DNA of 16,006 nucleotides from Candidatus Hydrogenedentota bacterium (GTDB lineage: Bacteria > Hydrogenedentota > Hydrogenedentia > Hydrogenedentales > GCA-2746185). How positions within the stretch are numbered: position 1 is the stretch's first letter; each line of letters opens with the position of its first letter. Positions 6,933-15,701 of the stretch are shown here, piece after piece. Location of the stretch: positions 1 to 16,006 of the forward strand of contig JAYGCN010000025.1 of NCBI GenBank assembly GCA_046583315.1. Direction: 5' to 3'. The notes under the pieces were generated by a model, which was given only the letters and a program-made list of their open reading frames with translations, was not told the DNA's origin and did no database searches. The position numbers and the translations under genes are program-made.

Positions 6933-8186
6933 ATGATGCCCAATAAAACAGAAATCGCTGAGACATTTACGTATACCAAGAGTCAGGCCCTCTATGATCG
7001 CGCACAGGGCGTGATTCCGGGCGGCATCTATGGGCATTTCAATCCGGTCTCCCAAAAACCAGCTGGCAGCTACCCGTTTTATTGTGACCACGCGAAGGGC
7101 GCGCGATTTTGGGATGCCGACGGCAATGAATACATCGACTACATGTGCGCCTACGGCCCGATGATCCTCGGTTACGGAAACCCACTCGTCACTAAAGCCT
7201 TCCAAAAGCAGATTGCGCTCGCCGATACCTGCACACTCGCCTCTCCCGTCATGATAGAACTCGCCGAAACTATGGTCGACATGATTCCCGTGGCCGACTG
7301 GGCCTGTTTCGCCAAAAACGGGAACGATGTCACCAACATGGCCGTCTTGACCGCGCGCGCCGCAACGGGCCGCACAAAAATTATTGCGATCACGGACGGC
7401 TACCACGGCGCGTCGCCCTGGATGCAAGCCGCTGGTCGCGCAGGCATTATGGAAGACGACCACACGAATGTCATTCGCATCCCCTGGAACGACATCGCCG
7501 CGCTGGAGGCATCCCTTGATGAGCATTCCGGCGACGTCGCGGCCTTCATTTCATCGCCCTACCACCATCCGGTATTCAAAGATAACGAACTGCCCGCCGA
7601 AGGATACTGGAGCGGTGTGCACGACCTACTCAAACGTCACGATGTCATTTCCATCTGCGACGACGTGCGCGCCGGATTCCGAATCGACATGGGCGGCTCA
7701 AGCGAATATTTCGGATACAAACCCGATCTCATCTGTTTTTGCAAAGCCATCGCGAACGGCTACCCCATTGCGGCACTCGTCGGCACGGACGCACTAAAAG
7801 ACGCCGCGACCAATATTTTCCAGACCGGGAGTTTCTGGTTCTCGGCAGGCCCGATGGCCGCAGCACTCGCCTGTCTCAAAGAGTTGAAGCGCATCGATGC
7901 GCCGACGAAAATTATGAACACCGGAAAGAAAGTCTTTGACGGCATGGTCGACATCGCAAACAACCACGGGCACGAACTGCGCGTGACCGGCGTGCCCTCC
8001 ATGCCCTACCTGCACGCCATCCACGAAGACGGCATTGCATTTCATCAGGCGCTCATGGGCGAATGCACACGACGCGGCCTCTTCATGACCTCGCACCATA
8101 ACCTCTTCGTGTCCGCCGCCCACACCGAAGCAGACATACAACGCACCTGGGAAATATTCGAAGATGCATTGGTCGCATTAAAGTAA
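6933..8186 (+). CDS. Class III PLP-dependent aminotransferase, FumI (aminopentol aminotransferase)-like / GSA-aminomutase-related
   Basis: 417 aa with GGAGA RBS. Motifs: IPGGIYGH, WDADGNEYIDYMCAYGP, ADWACFAKNG, YHGASPW, DDVRAGFR, PLP Lys in CKAIANGYP, TGSFWFSAGPMAAA, HNLFVSAAHT. Confidence 0.9.
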   Translation: MMPNKTEIAETFTYTKSQALYDRAQGVIPGGIYGHFNPVSQKPAGSYPFYCDHAKGARFWDADGNEYIDYMCAYGPMILGYGNPLVTKAFQKQIALADTCTLASPVMIELAETMVDMIPVADWACFAKNGNDVTNMAVLTARAATGRTKIIAITDGYHGASPWMQAAGRAGIMEDDHTNVIRIPWNDIAALEASLDEHSGDVAAFISSPYHHPVFKDNELPAEGYWSGVHDLLKRHDVISICDDVRAGFRIDMGGSSEYFGYKPDLICFCKAIANGYPIAALVGTDALKDAATNIFQTGSFWFSAGPMAAALACLKELKRIDAPTKIMNTGKKVFDGMVDIANNHGHELRVTGVPSMPYLHAIHEDGIAFHQALMGECTRRGLFMTSHHNLFVSAAHTEADIQRTWEIFEDALVALK

Positions 8187-8249
8187 TTGAAACGATCTCA
8201 ATCTCCCTCTAGTCCAATAGGAAATCATTCTAACGCGGAGAGTACAACC

Positions 8250-8843
8250 ATGAGACATGCCATTTCTGCCATTGCGCCCGCTATAGTTGCCTTTTCGATT
8301 CTTCTAGCCCTTCCCGCGACTGCCGTCCCCACTGAGGAAGAAATCAGGGATATGGCGGAGGTGGCCAAAGCCGACCTCGTTGAAAACGGCTTCTCGTTCA
8401 GCTTCCCCGACCTCAAGGGCAAGGTCGTCACGAACGAAGACGACCAATATAAAGGAAAAGTCCTGCTCGTCGACCTTTTCGGAACGTGGTGTCGACCCTG
8501 CCGACGCGAAGCTCCGTTCCTTGGCGAACTATACGATAAATACGGCGAACAAGGCCTTGAAATCGTGAGTATCGCCTTCGAATTCGGCGACGACAAATCC
8601 AAAAACATCAAGAAGATAAAGAAATTCCGAAAAGAATTCGACACCCAATATACGACCCTATACGGCGGGACAACCGACGGCGCGAAAAATGTACTCCCCC
8701 TGCCGCTTGCCAGGCTCGGCTATCCCGCGGTCGTCCTGATTGATCGGGAAGGCATTGTTCAGATGGTCGAAGCGGGCTTCTGGGAAAGCAGTGCTCAAGA
8801 AATCGAAACGAATGTCAAAGCACTGCTCAGCGACACCCCATAA
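8250..8843 (+). CDS. Exported TlpA/ResA-family thiol:disulfide oxidoreductase (redoxin)
   Basis: Start moved to ATG 8250 (GGAGAG RBS at 8237-8242; signal peptide MRHAISAIAPAIVAFSILLALPATA). Motifs: KGKVLLVDLFGTWCRPCRREAP (CxxC) and cis-Pro loop YPAVVLIDREG. Confidence 0.9.
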   Translation: MRHAISAIAPAIVAFSILLALPATAVPTEEEIRDMAEVAKADLVENGFSFSFPDLKGKVVTNEDDQYKGKVLLVDLFGTWCRPCRREAPFLGELYDKYGEQGLEIVSIAFEFGDDKSKNIKKIKKFRKEFDTQYTTLYGGTTDGAKNVLPLPLARLGYPAVVLIDREGIVQMVEAGFWESSAQEIETNVKALLSDTP

Positions 8844-8846
8844 ACG

Positions 8847-9920
8847 CTAATCGTTTTTCAAAGTCACACCCAGTCCAGGCGCGTCCACCGTGCGAAGTAT
8901 TCCGTTCTCCAGATGCATGCCTCCCGTCGCGATATCTTCCACGAGATCCCAATCGCCGTCGAGGTCGAGGTAGCCCGTGTTGGGTCGCGCGAAGGCTGCG
9001 TGCAGTGCCGCTGATAATCCAACGACACTCTCGATCATGCATCCCCACATCGTTTGTTGTCCGGCCACATCCGCGATCGTCGCCATGCGCAGTCCCGAAT
9101 AAATTCCCCCGCACTTCATCAGCTTGATGTTGATAATGCCAGCCGCGTGAGGCGGGTCGGCGAGACTGAGCGCATCCGTTTCGTTGCACGCGTTCTCATC
9201 AGCCGCGAATCGCATCCGTTCCGCTTCGGGAAACGCAAAGTTGTCCTCAATCGCGTCCACCGGAAACGGCTGTTCGATCATTTCCAGGTTAAGCGCCTGC
9301 GTGCGCTCGATAAAATCTTTAAGCGTGTCTTTCGTGTACCCCTGATTCAAATCGGATCGCAATACAATGGAATCACCATATTTCTCGCGCAGTTTGCTCA
9401 GCAATTCCACGTCATGCTCGATATTCGATCCGCCTTTCACTTTCAGCACGGTATAGCCCATGCCCAAAAACGCTGTAGCCTCCGCAAGGGATTCCTCCAT
9501 CGTGCGAATGCCCATCGTCATCGACGTCGGCATGCTCGAATGCGCGCGCCCCAACAATTCCACGACCGGTTTGTCCAGCATCCTGCCCCAAAGATCGTAC
9601 AACGCCATATCAATCGCCGCGCGTGCCGCAGGCAATCCCGAAAACTGATCAACCGCCTCGCGACAAAAAATATCCGGGTGCTCCAGTGTCCGCCCCTCAA
9701 TCCAGTTCGGCAACCGACTCTCCAGCGCATCCTTGCACACGTCGAAGGATTCCCCGGTCACGGCCCCAAAAGGTGCCGCCACGCCGATGCCGATATGCGG
9801 CCCGTCGCTCACCAATTTCACGAGAATCAATTCCGCGTCCGTGGTCGTGTGAAACGCAATCGTAAACGGTGCCTTGAGCGGTATTGAAAGTGCCGTTACT
9901 TCCGCGCGTACAATCTTCAT
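8847..9920 (-). CDS. Enolase-superfamily dipeptide epimerase / N-acyl-amino-acid racemase (Ala-Glu epimerase or DgcA-like)
   Basis: Start moved to ATG 9920 (MKIVRAEV), which overlaps the upstream stop as TGATG. Motifs: AAIDMALYDLWG, catalytic KVK, metal ligands DLNQGY / EQP / DE, NIKLMKCGG, GCMIES, DLDG. Confidence 0.92.
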   Translation of the reverse strand: MKIVRAEVTALSIPLKAPFTIAFHTTTDAELILVKLVSDGPHIGIGVAAPFGAVTGESFDVCKDALESRLPNWIEGRTLEHPDIFCREAVDQFSGLPAARAAIDMALYDLWGRMLDKPVVELLGRAHSSMPTSMTMGIRTMEESLAEATAFLGMGYTVLKVKGGSNIEHDVELLSKLREKYGDSIVLRSDLNQGYTKDTLKDFIERTQALNLEMIEQPFPVDAIEDNFAFPEAERMRFAADENACNETDALSLADPPHAAGIINIKLMKCGGIYSGLRMATIADVAGQQTMWGCMIESVVGLSAALHAAFARPNTGYLDLDGDWDLVEDIATGGMHLENGILRTVDAPGLGVTLKND

Positions 9921-10996
9921 CACTTCGCTCCCTTCGCCGAAAAATTCTCGCAATACTTCAGGACCGCCTCAATCAGCGGCTCGGGATCTTGAAACGGGTC
10001 CACAGCCGGGATACCATGTGCGCTCGATATCGCCTCACTCTCCCGCTCCATTTCTTCCGACGTAGCCGCCGACGCATTCAACGTCACCGCAATTGTCGAC
10101 GAACCGTAACTCTCGATAAGGTTCATTTCATCGGACACCGCAGGCAACGGCATTCCCTTTCCTTCGAAACCCAAAAACTCATCGCGCCCGACCGGATGTT
10201 GCAACACAACCGCCTTCGCCTGCGCGGACAATAAAAACTCGGAACCGCATGGTCCCGAAAGATTCCGCAGAGAGGACTGCCCCTCCAGAAAAATCACATC
10301 CGGCTTCTTGTCGTTCCAGCAGGACACAACCGCGTGCTCCATTTCCCCCGACACAAAATCATTCGGCGTTGAGTCAAATATAAAGCCGTGATCATAGCCC
10401 AGCATCCAGCCCGTCTGTCCCGTATAAATCATTTCCGCATTCTTGCCACATGCCACCAGCGCCTCGCACAACAGCCGCGCCGTCGTGCGTTTTCCCGTGG
10501 CACAATCCGTACCCAACACGGCGATAATCGGACACTCCACCTGCATGATGCTTCCACTCCAGAAATGCAGATCGCGAAAAGGTTTCGGTTTGCGAACATC
10601 ATGCAGCGTAACCCCCGCAGCCTTGCCCGCAACCGCGATATCCGCATCATTCTCCAGCGTGTCATGCAGACCATTCACCACATGCAGACCATTGGCGATC
10701 GCCTCAAGCGCGAGTTCCCGAAGACTGTCCGAAAACACCCCGCCCTTCGTCGCAATCCCGAATATCACCAACTCCGGCTTCACTGCACACCCTTCAAGCG
10801 CCGAGTCAATCGACGCATAAATCCCGACCCCCGCGTCCACATGTGGCACCACCTCCGAAGCATCCTTGCCCGCATGAACCTGATCAATAATTCCGACAAT
10901 CTCGAAGCGTCGACTCCCCCGAAGCAGCCCATGCGCCGTCTTCGCAAACGACTCCGCCAACAAACCATCCGTAATAATTAATGCGCTACCTCTCAT
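9920..10996 (-). CDS. DUF1611 family P-loop protein (DgcN-like D-amino-acid N-acyltransferase)
   Basis: 358 aa. Motifs: AKTAHGLLRG, NGLHD, DVRKP, GTDCATGKRTT, TGQTG, DFVSGEME, EGQSSL; translationally coupled to the epimerase. Confidence 0.92.
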   Translation of the reverse strand: MRGSALIITDGLLAESFAKTAHGLLRGSRRFEIVGIIDQVHAGKDASEVVPHVDAGVGIYASIDSALEGCAVKPELVIFGIATKGGVFSDSLRELALEAIANGLHVVNGLHDTLENDADIAVAGKAAGVTLHDVRKPKPFRDLHFWSGSIMQVECPIIAVLGTDCATGKRTTARLLCEALVACGKNAEMIYTGQTGWMLGYDHGFIFDSTPNDFVSGEMEHAVVSCWNDKKPDVIFLEGQSSLRNLSGPCGSEFLLSAQAKAVVLQHPVGRDEFLGFEGKGMPLPAVSDEMNLIESYGSSTIAVTLNASAATSEEMERESEAISSAHGIPAVDPFQDPEPLIEAVLKYCENFSAKGAK

Positions 10997-11359
10997 TCCA
11001 AATAATCCCTTTCAGCCACGCCATCAACTGCACGTTCGACCGCCAAACATTCCCAAAGCCTCAAAAAACAGAAGTTAATCAGAAAGCCATCGCCAATGCA
11101 AGATCGTCCGACATTCTCTCCGTTTCGACCAAAATATGGCGCATTAACAATACTTAAATATTTCTTTACTATGCCAGTGTGCATTTTGTTATTACTGTGG
11201 GAGTAGTTATAGTATACATATTTCTCGTTCGTCTTTTTTCCGCAGTGTTACATCATCGCTTTGTATTATCGCTACGGCAATCGTGGGTATTGTCTTGCAT
11301 CAGAATCGTACCGACGCGGCTGCACCATCCACAGCCACGCTGAGCGCGATAACGGCGCA

Positions 11360-11860
11360 GGCGACCATGGATTTCAGCTTGGCGAAAAAGAGCGTCGGGA
11401 GAAATTCTCCCTCTGGGAAAGGGCTACGAGGGTAAATCTGGTATGGGTGGCGCCTGGCGTGACAAAGCCGGGTTCGACCTGCGGCAAGCCCGTGAATTTG
11501 CTGGACGTTTATCCTACGCTTGCCTCCCTAACCGGCTGCGAACCAACTGAAAGACAACTGGAAGGGAACGATCTCTCAGCATTGATGAAAAATCTTGAGG
11601 CCTCATGGGATAAAACTTCCTTAACCACTTACGGGTACAAGAACTATAGCATTCGATCCGAACGATACAGGTATATCGTATATGCTGATGGAACTGAAGA
11701 GTTGTATGATCACGAGAAGGATAAGTGGGAATGGAATAACCTCGCGGATAGTCCTGAATATGATGATATAAAAGAAATGATGCGCAAAGGGATACCTGAT
11801 CATCATGAGCCGGTTGGCGCTTCTACTGAACTATCTGCAAGCAAAAGTTATGCCCAATAG
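11360..11860 (+). pseudogene. C-terminal remnant of a sulfatase (iduronate/choline-sulfatase-like)
   Basis: Homology begins abruptly at GDHGFQLGEK..EKFSLWERATRV and continues through VNLLDVYPTL, LEGNDLS, YSIRSERYRYIVYADGTEELYDHEKDKWEWNNLA. The N-terminal metal-binding and CxPSR formylglycine motifs are absent, and the ORF-track N-terminus (TTG 11261) is not sulfatase-like. Confidence 0.8.
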
Positions 11861-12054
11861 TGGTCCGGTCCCTCTAAATGAGTCCAGTTTTTGGTATGGT
11901 AGAATATGTCGATTTTGTAAACAGGTGGTCTATCTGAAATGACTTGCAATCCCATGCAATCTGGTACACTATGTGCAAGGAACGCAATGTTCCTATACAA
12001 CAACTTACAATCGCTAGCCCATTGTTTCCCCGATCCCGCTTCTCGCTCCTCCTG

Positions 12055-12084
12055 TCTGCGTTCATCCGCGTTCATCTACGACCA
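12055..12084. repeat. Degenerate period-10 tandem repeat (about 3 units)
   Basis: TCTGCGTTCA / TCCGCGTTCA / TCTACGACCA. Confidence 0.55.
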
Positions 12085-12259
12085 ATGCCCCGTTCCTGCC
12101 GTCGCCAGTTCCGCAGCAACAGGACTGCACTTGACCAAAGAGCACTTCTACGCACCGACCCTTGCCGATGGAAGGCATCATTGACACCGTGTACATTGCG
12201 CGATAACGCCCCAATCCCCTTAGTCCGCCTCTACAGCCATTCAAACGAAGACATTTATA

Positions 12260-12288
12260 TTGATTGAAATTGCGTTTAGTGACATAAT
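12260..12288 (+). promoter_or_regulatory. Putative sigma70 promoter for the zinc-finger/TPR/rlmB operon
   Basis: TTGATT (12260-12265), 17 nt, CATAAT (12283-12288), with an extended -10 TG at 12280-12281. Confidence 0.6.
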
Positions 12289-12333
12289 GGAAAATACTAC
12301 AAGTGAAGTGATTCTACGTGGAGGAAAGTGGCA

Positions 12334-12678
12334 ATGGCATCAGGTTTGGCTTCAACATGCACGACTCATCCCGGTTTCGAGGCGATTGGACGTTGCAAGC
12401 AGTGCGGTAAACCTTATTGCAGCGGGTGTCAAGTGAAGGGCCCAACGGGCATGTTCTGCTGTGATGCCTGCAAACAGAGCCACGAGGCCTTCACCCAGCG
12501 CGCCCAGCAGCTCGACGGCATGAGCAAGAGCTCGACCAAATGGGCCTCCATCAAAATTATACTGCGTAAACTCATCATTGCGCTCATCGTGCTGGCTCTG
12601 GCCGCGGGCGGGTTGACCTACATGGGAATCGATGTCCCGGTAGTCGGACCGTTTTTTCAGAATTTGCTAAATAGGTAA
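12334..12678 (+). CDS. Small B-box-like zinc-finger protein with C-terminal transmembrane helix
   Basis: GGAGG at 12320-12324 fits ATG 12334 better than GTG 12328. Cys/His pattern CTTHP..RCKQCGKPYCSGC..FCCDAC, then a helical linker and hydrophobic LIIALIVLALAAGGLTYMG. Confidence 0.8.
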   Translation: MASGLASTCTTHPGFEAIGRCKQCGKPYCSGCQVKGPTGMFCCDACKQSHEAFTQRAQQLDGMSKSSTKWASIKIILRKLIIALIVLALAAGGLTYMGIDVPVVGPFFQNLLNR

Positions 12679-12714
12679 TCATATAACCTTGGGGATAAGG
12701 TAAAGGAGCGCATC

Positions 12715-13185
12715 ATGGATATGAGCAAAATCGTGTGGCTGGTCGTGATCGTCGCCATCGTGGGCGGCGGCTGGCTACTCACCGGCAGCGGTATGGACAA
12801 AATGTACGACAGGGCCACGAGCGAGCTTCCCGGAAATGATCCTGATCAGGATATCATCGACGAAGCAACCCTTTCGAAATATGGCGGATTCAACATTTCG
12901 ATGATGCGTTATGAGCAGGCCAAGAAATTTTACACGGCCTCCATTGATCGCTATGGTAAAGACGGCAAGAATTACTGGTGGAATGTTTACCAGCTTGCAC
13001 GGGTCGAGGAAAAACTCGGTAACGAACCGGGTGCCATCCCGCTGTTGCACCATCTCTGGCTTGAAGACGGCGATCAATATGATGAGCGTGTTCCGGGACA
13101 GGATATTCTTCATTCCCGCCTGGTGAAATTACTCGAGCTCAATGAAGAGCTTATGCGTGATTACTCGATGCGCAAACCACAATAG
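12715..13185 (+). CDS. Membrane-anchored hypothetical protein with TPR-like helical repeats
   Basis: AAGGAG RBS; N-terminal hydrophobic anchor IVWLVVIVAIVGGGWLL; TPR-like YEQAKKFYTASIDRY and VYQLARVEEKLGNEPGAI. Confidence 0.75.
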   Translation: MDMSKIVWLVVIVAIVGGGWLLTGSGMDKMYDRATSELPGNDPDQDIIDEATLSKYGGFNISMMRYEQAKKFYTASIDRYGKDGKNYWWNVYQLARVEEKLGNEPGAIPLLHHLWLEDGDQYDERVPGQDILHSRLVKLLELNEELMRDYSMRKPQ

Positions 13186-13194
13186 GCGCGAATC

Positions 13195-13917
13195 GTGAAA
13201 CCTGATGTTGTATATGGACGCATTCCCGTTCTTGAATGCCTCAAGGCTGACCGCCGAACCGCGCGACGACTGCATTTACTCGAAGGTGGAAAAAACCAGA
13301 GCGACTTCATTAGTGCCGCACCCGATATACCCGTTGAGTGGGCGGCGCGTAACGAGCTGGATTATCTCTCGCACGACGGCGTGCACCAGGGTGTGATACT
13401 CGAAGCCGATCCGCTTCCCTTGCTCGACCTCGGAACCTGGATCGGAGACCTTTCCGGCACGCAGTCGCTCGTCGTCATTCTGGACTGCATAGAAGACCCC
13501 CAGAATTTCGGGGCCATCGCTCGGTCGGCTGTGGCTTGCGGGGCATCCGCGCTGATTTTCGGCAAGGACCGTTCCGCACCGGTTACCCCCGCCGTATTGA
13601 AGGCCGCAGCCGGTGCCATGGAATACATCGACCTGATTCAGGTCACAAACCTGCCCCGCGCCATCGAAGCCTTGCAAAAAGCCTCGTTCTGGGTTGCGGG
13701 ATTGGATGCTGACGGGGAAAAACTGATTTGGGATGCCGATTTCACCGGTCGAACAGGACTCGTCATCGGCAACGAAGGCAAAGGCATTCGGCCCCTCGTC
13801 AAAAAGAAGTGTGACTACATGGTACACATCCCCATCTCCGGCCCCATCTCCAGTCTGAACGCCTCGGTGAGCGCGGCCATCGCTCTGGCCGAATGTGTAC
13901 GCCAGCAACACTTATGA
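13195..13917 (+). CDS. rlmB: 23S rRNA (guanosine-2251-2'-O)-methyltransferase RlmB (SPOUT family)
   Basis: VYGRIPVLE, HQGV, LDCIEDPQNFGAIARSA, KAAAGA, VTNL, IGNEGKGIR, SLNASVSAAI. Confidence 0.92.
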   Translation: MKPDVVYGRIPVLECLKADRRTARRLHLLEGGKNQSDFISAAPDIPVEWAARNELDYLSHDGVHQGVILEADPLPLLDLGTWIGDLSGTQSLVVILDCIEDPQNFGAIARSAVACGASALIFGKDRSAPVTPAVLKAAAGAMEYIDLIQVTNLPRAIEALQKASFWVAGLDADGEKLIWDADFTGRTGLVIGNEGKGIRPLVKKKCDYMVHIPISGPISSLNASVSAAIALAECVRQQHL

Positions 13918-14013
13918 GGCCATTTGGTGCGCGGAATACTCCGCATCAAGGTCGATTGCTCCACCCACGGCGTGTATAATCGCCAGAGTCTGTTGAAGCG
14001 GTGGATGTCGTAG

Positions 14014-15701
14014 ATGAATATACTGGGGTTCTCATGATTCCGCGGCGGCCCTAGTGTGCGACGGAGAAGTCGTAGCCGCCGTAGCCGAAGAACGCATTAC
14101 CCGCAACAAACACCAGGGCGGTGCTCCCCGCGAAGCCGTGAAGTATTGCCTTGATGTGGCCGGTTTGAAGCCCTCAGACGTGCAACATCTCGGCTGTTAT
14201 ATGCGTCCGGGCCTGCGTATTGGCGCCCGCTGGAAGTATCGCATGACGCAGATGCTACGCAGTCCCCTTTATTCGACCGCCTACATGGGTTATGAAATCC
14301 TGCACAACGCACGATTCATCCGGGACATGAAAAGCCTGTGCAGTCCCAACACACAGCTCCACTTCATGGAACACCACCCCGCCCACGTCGCGAGCTCGTT
14401 TCTTGCAAGCGGATTCGACGAAGCGGCACTGCTCTCCATCGACTACATCGGGGAAATTACATCGACCTGGACGGGCATCGGAGAAGGTACATCGATTCGC
14501 CCCCTGCACACGGTAGACTACCCCCACTCCCTAGGCGTTTTTTACTCGGCCATTACCGATTACCTCGGTTTTCTGCGCGCCAGTGACGAATATAAGGTCA
14601 TGGGACTTGCCAGTTATGGTGATCCCGAGTATATCGAGGCGTTTCGGAGTTGATTCGCGAGGATGGCGACGGGTACAAAATGGATCTGAGCTGGATGGCG
14701 TACCACCATTCACCCGGATCGCGGCAAGGGTATTTCTCCGACAAGTTTCACAAACGATTTGGTCCGCCACGCACCAAAGGCGAAGCGGTAGAGAAGCGAC
14801 ACGAGAACATCGCCGCTTCGGCTCACTGTTGCTTGAAGAACACGTGTTGCGAATGGCTCAGGCATTACACGATCGCACGGGGTCGAAGAGATTATGCCTC
14901 GCAGGCGGGGTGGCCTTGAACTGCTCGATGAACGGAAGACTGTCGCGCGAATCGCCCTTTGAGGAAATATTTGTACAGCCGGCCTCTGGGGACGATGGTA
15001 TAGCGACTGGCGCGGCGCTCCAGTTGCATCATCAATTCGGCGATTCGAAACAAAACTACGTGATGAAAGATGCCTGCTTAGGACCGGAATTTGGCGATGA
15101 AGTGATTCGCGCTGCTTTGAAGTCAACGAACCAGGACTACACGACGCCGGAAAACGTTGCTGCAACGACAGCGCAACATATATCGGATGGCAAAATCCTC
15201 GGGTGGTATCAGGGGCGCATGGAATTCGGGCCGCGCGCATTGGGTGCACGAAGTATTCTCGCCGATCCGACAAATCCGGAGATGAAGGATCGCCTTAACA
15301 CAGTCGTCAAACATCGCGAGGAATTTCGTCCCTTCGCGCCGAGTTGCCTGCAGGAGCATGCCCATGAATACTTTGAGGGATGCGATTCGTCCCCATTTAT
15401 GCTCTTTGTATACCCGGTCGTCAAAGAGAAACGTGCCCTTTTGCCGGCAATCACTCACGTCGATGGTACCGCGCGTGTGCAGACCGTGTCGCGCGAGGTC
15501 AATGAACGCTACTACGACACCATTGCAGAGTTCGAAAAACTACGCGGGGTGCCGGTGGTCATCAATACCTCCTTCAACGTCATGGGTGAACCCATCGTCA
15601 ACACGCCCGAGGATGCGATTCGCTGCTTTCTGGGAACGGGCATTGATGTGCTGGTACTCGGCGATCACATCATCGAAAAAACATCACCGGACGCGCCATG
15701 A
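14014..15701 (+). pseudogene. NodU/CmcH/TobZ-family O-carbamoyltransferase interrupted by three frameshifts (pseudogene or sequencing error)
   Basis: MNILG starts at 14014. Frame change near 14030 into HDSAAALVCDGEVVAAVAEER, HHPAH, EYKVMGLASYG. Frame change near 14647 into LIREDGDGYKMD...ENIAASA. Frame change near 14825 into LLLEEHV, GGVALN, GDDG, EFGPRALGARS, KHREEFRPFAP, HVDGTARVQTV, NTSFN, stop at 15701. Confidence 0.88.

Noticed and set aside
6933..8186. hemL assignment
   Set aside because: HemL signature motifs are missing and there is no tetrapyrrole gene context.
8187..8249. TTG start directly after the aminotransferase stop
   Set aside because: ATG 8250 has an RBS and begins a clean signal peptide.
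9054..10981. Plus-strand ORFs such as 9054-9887 and 10388-10981
   Set aside because: Antisense shadows of the epimerase and DUF1611 genes.
11848..12267. Several 60-107 aa ORFs on both strands, or a possible ncRNA
   Set aside because: Mutually overlapping, no RBS or motifs, partly generated by the short repeats; no recognisable RNA family fold.
13931..13944. Hairpin GCGGA-ATAC-TCCGC after rlmB as a terminator
   Set aside because: Only a 5-bp stem with no U-tract.
14054..15701. Genuinely split two- or three-gene carbamoyltransferase
   Set aside because: The breaks fall inside the N-terminal Kae1-like domain, the pieces lack their own RBSs, and single-base corrections rejoin the frames.
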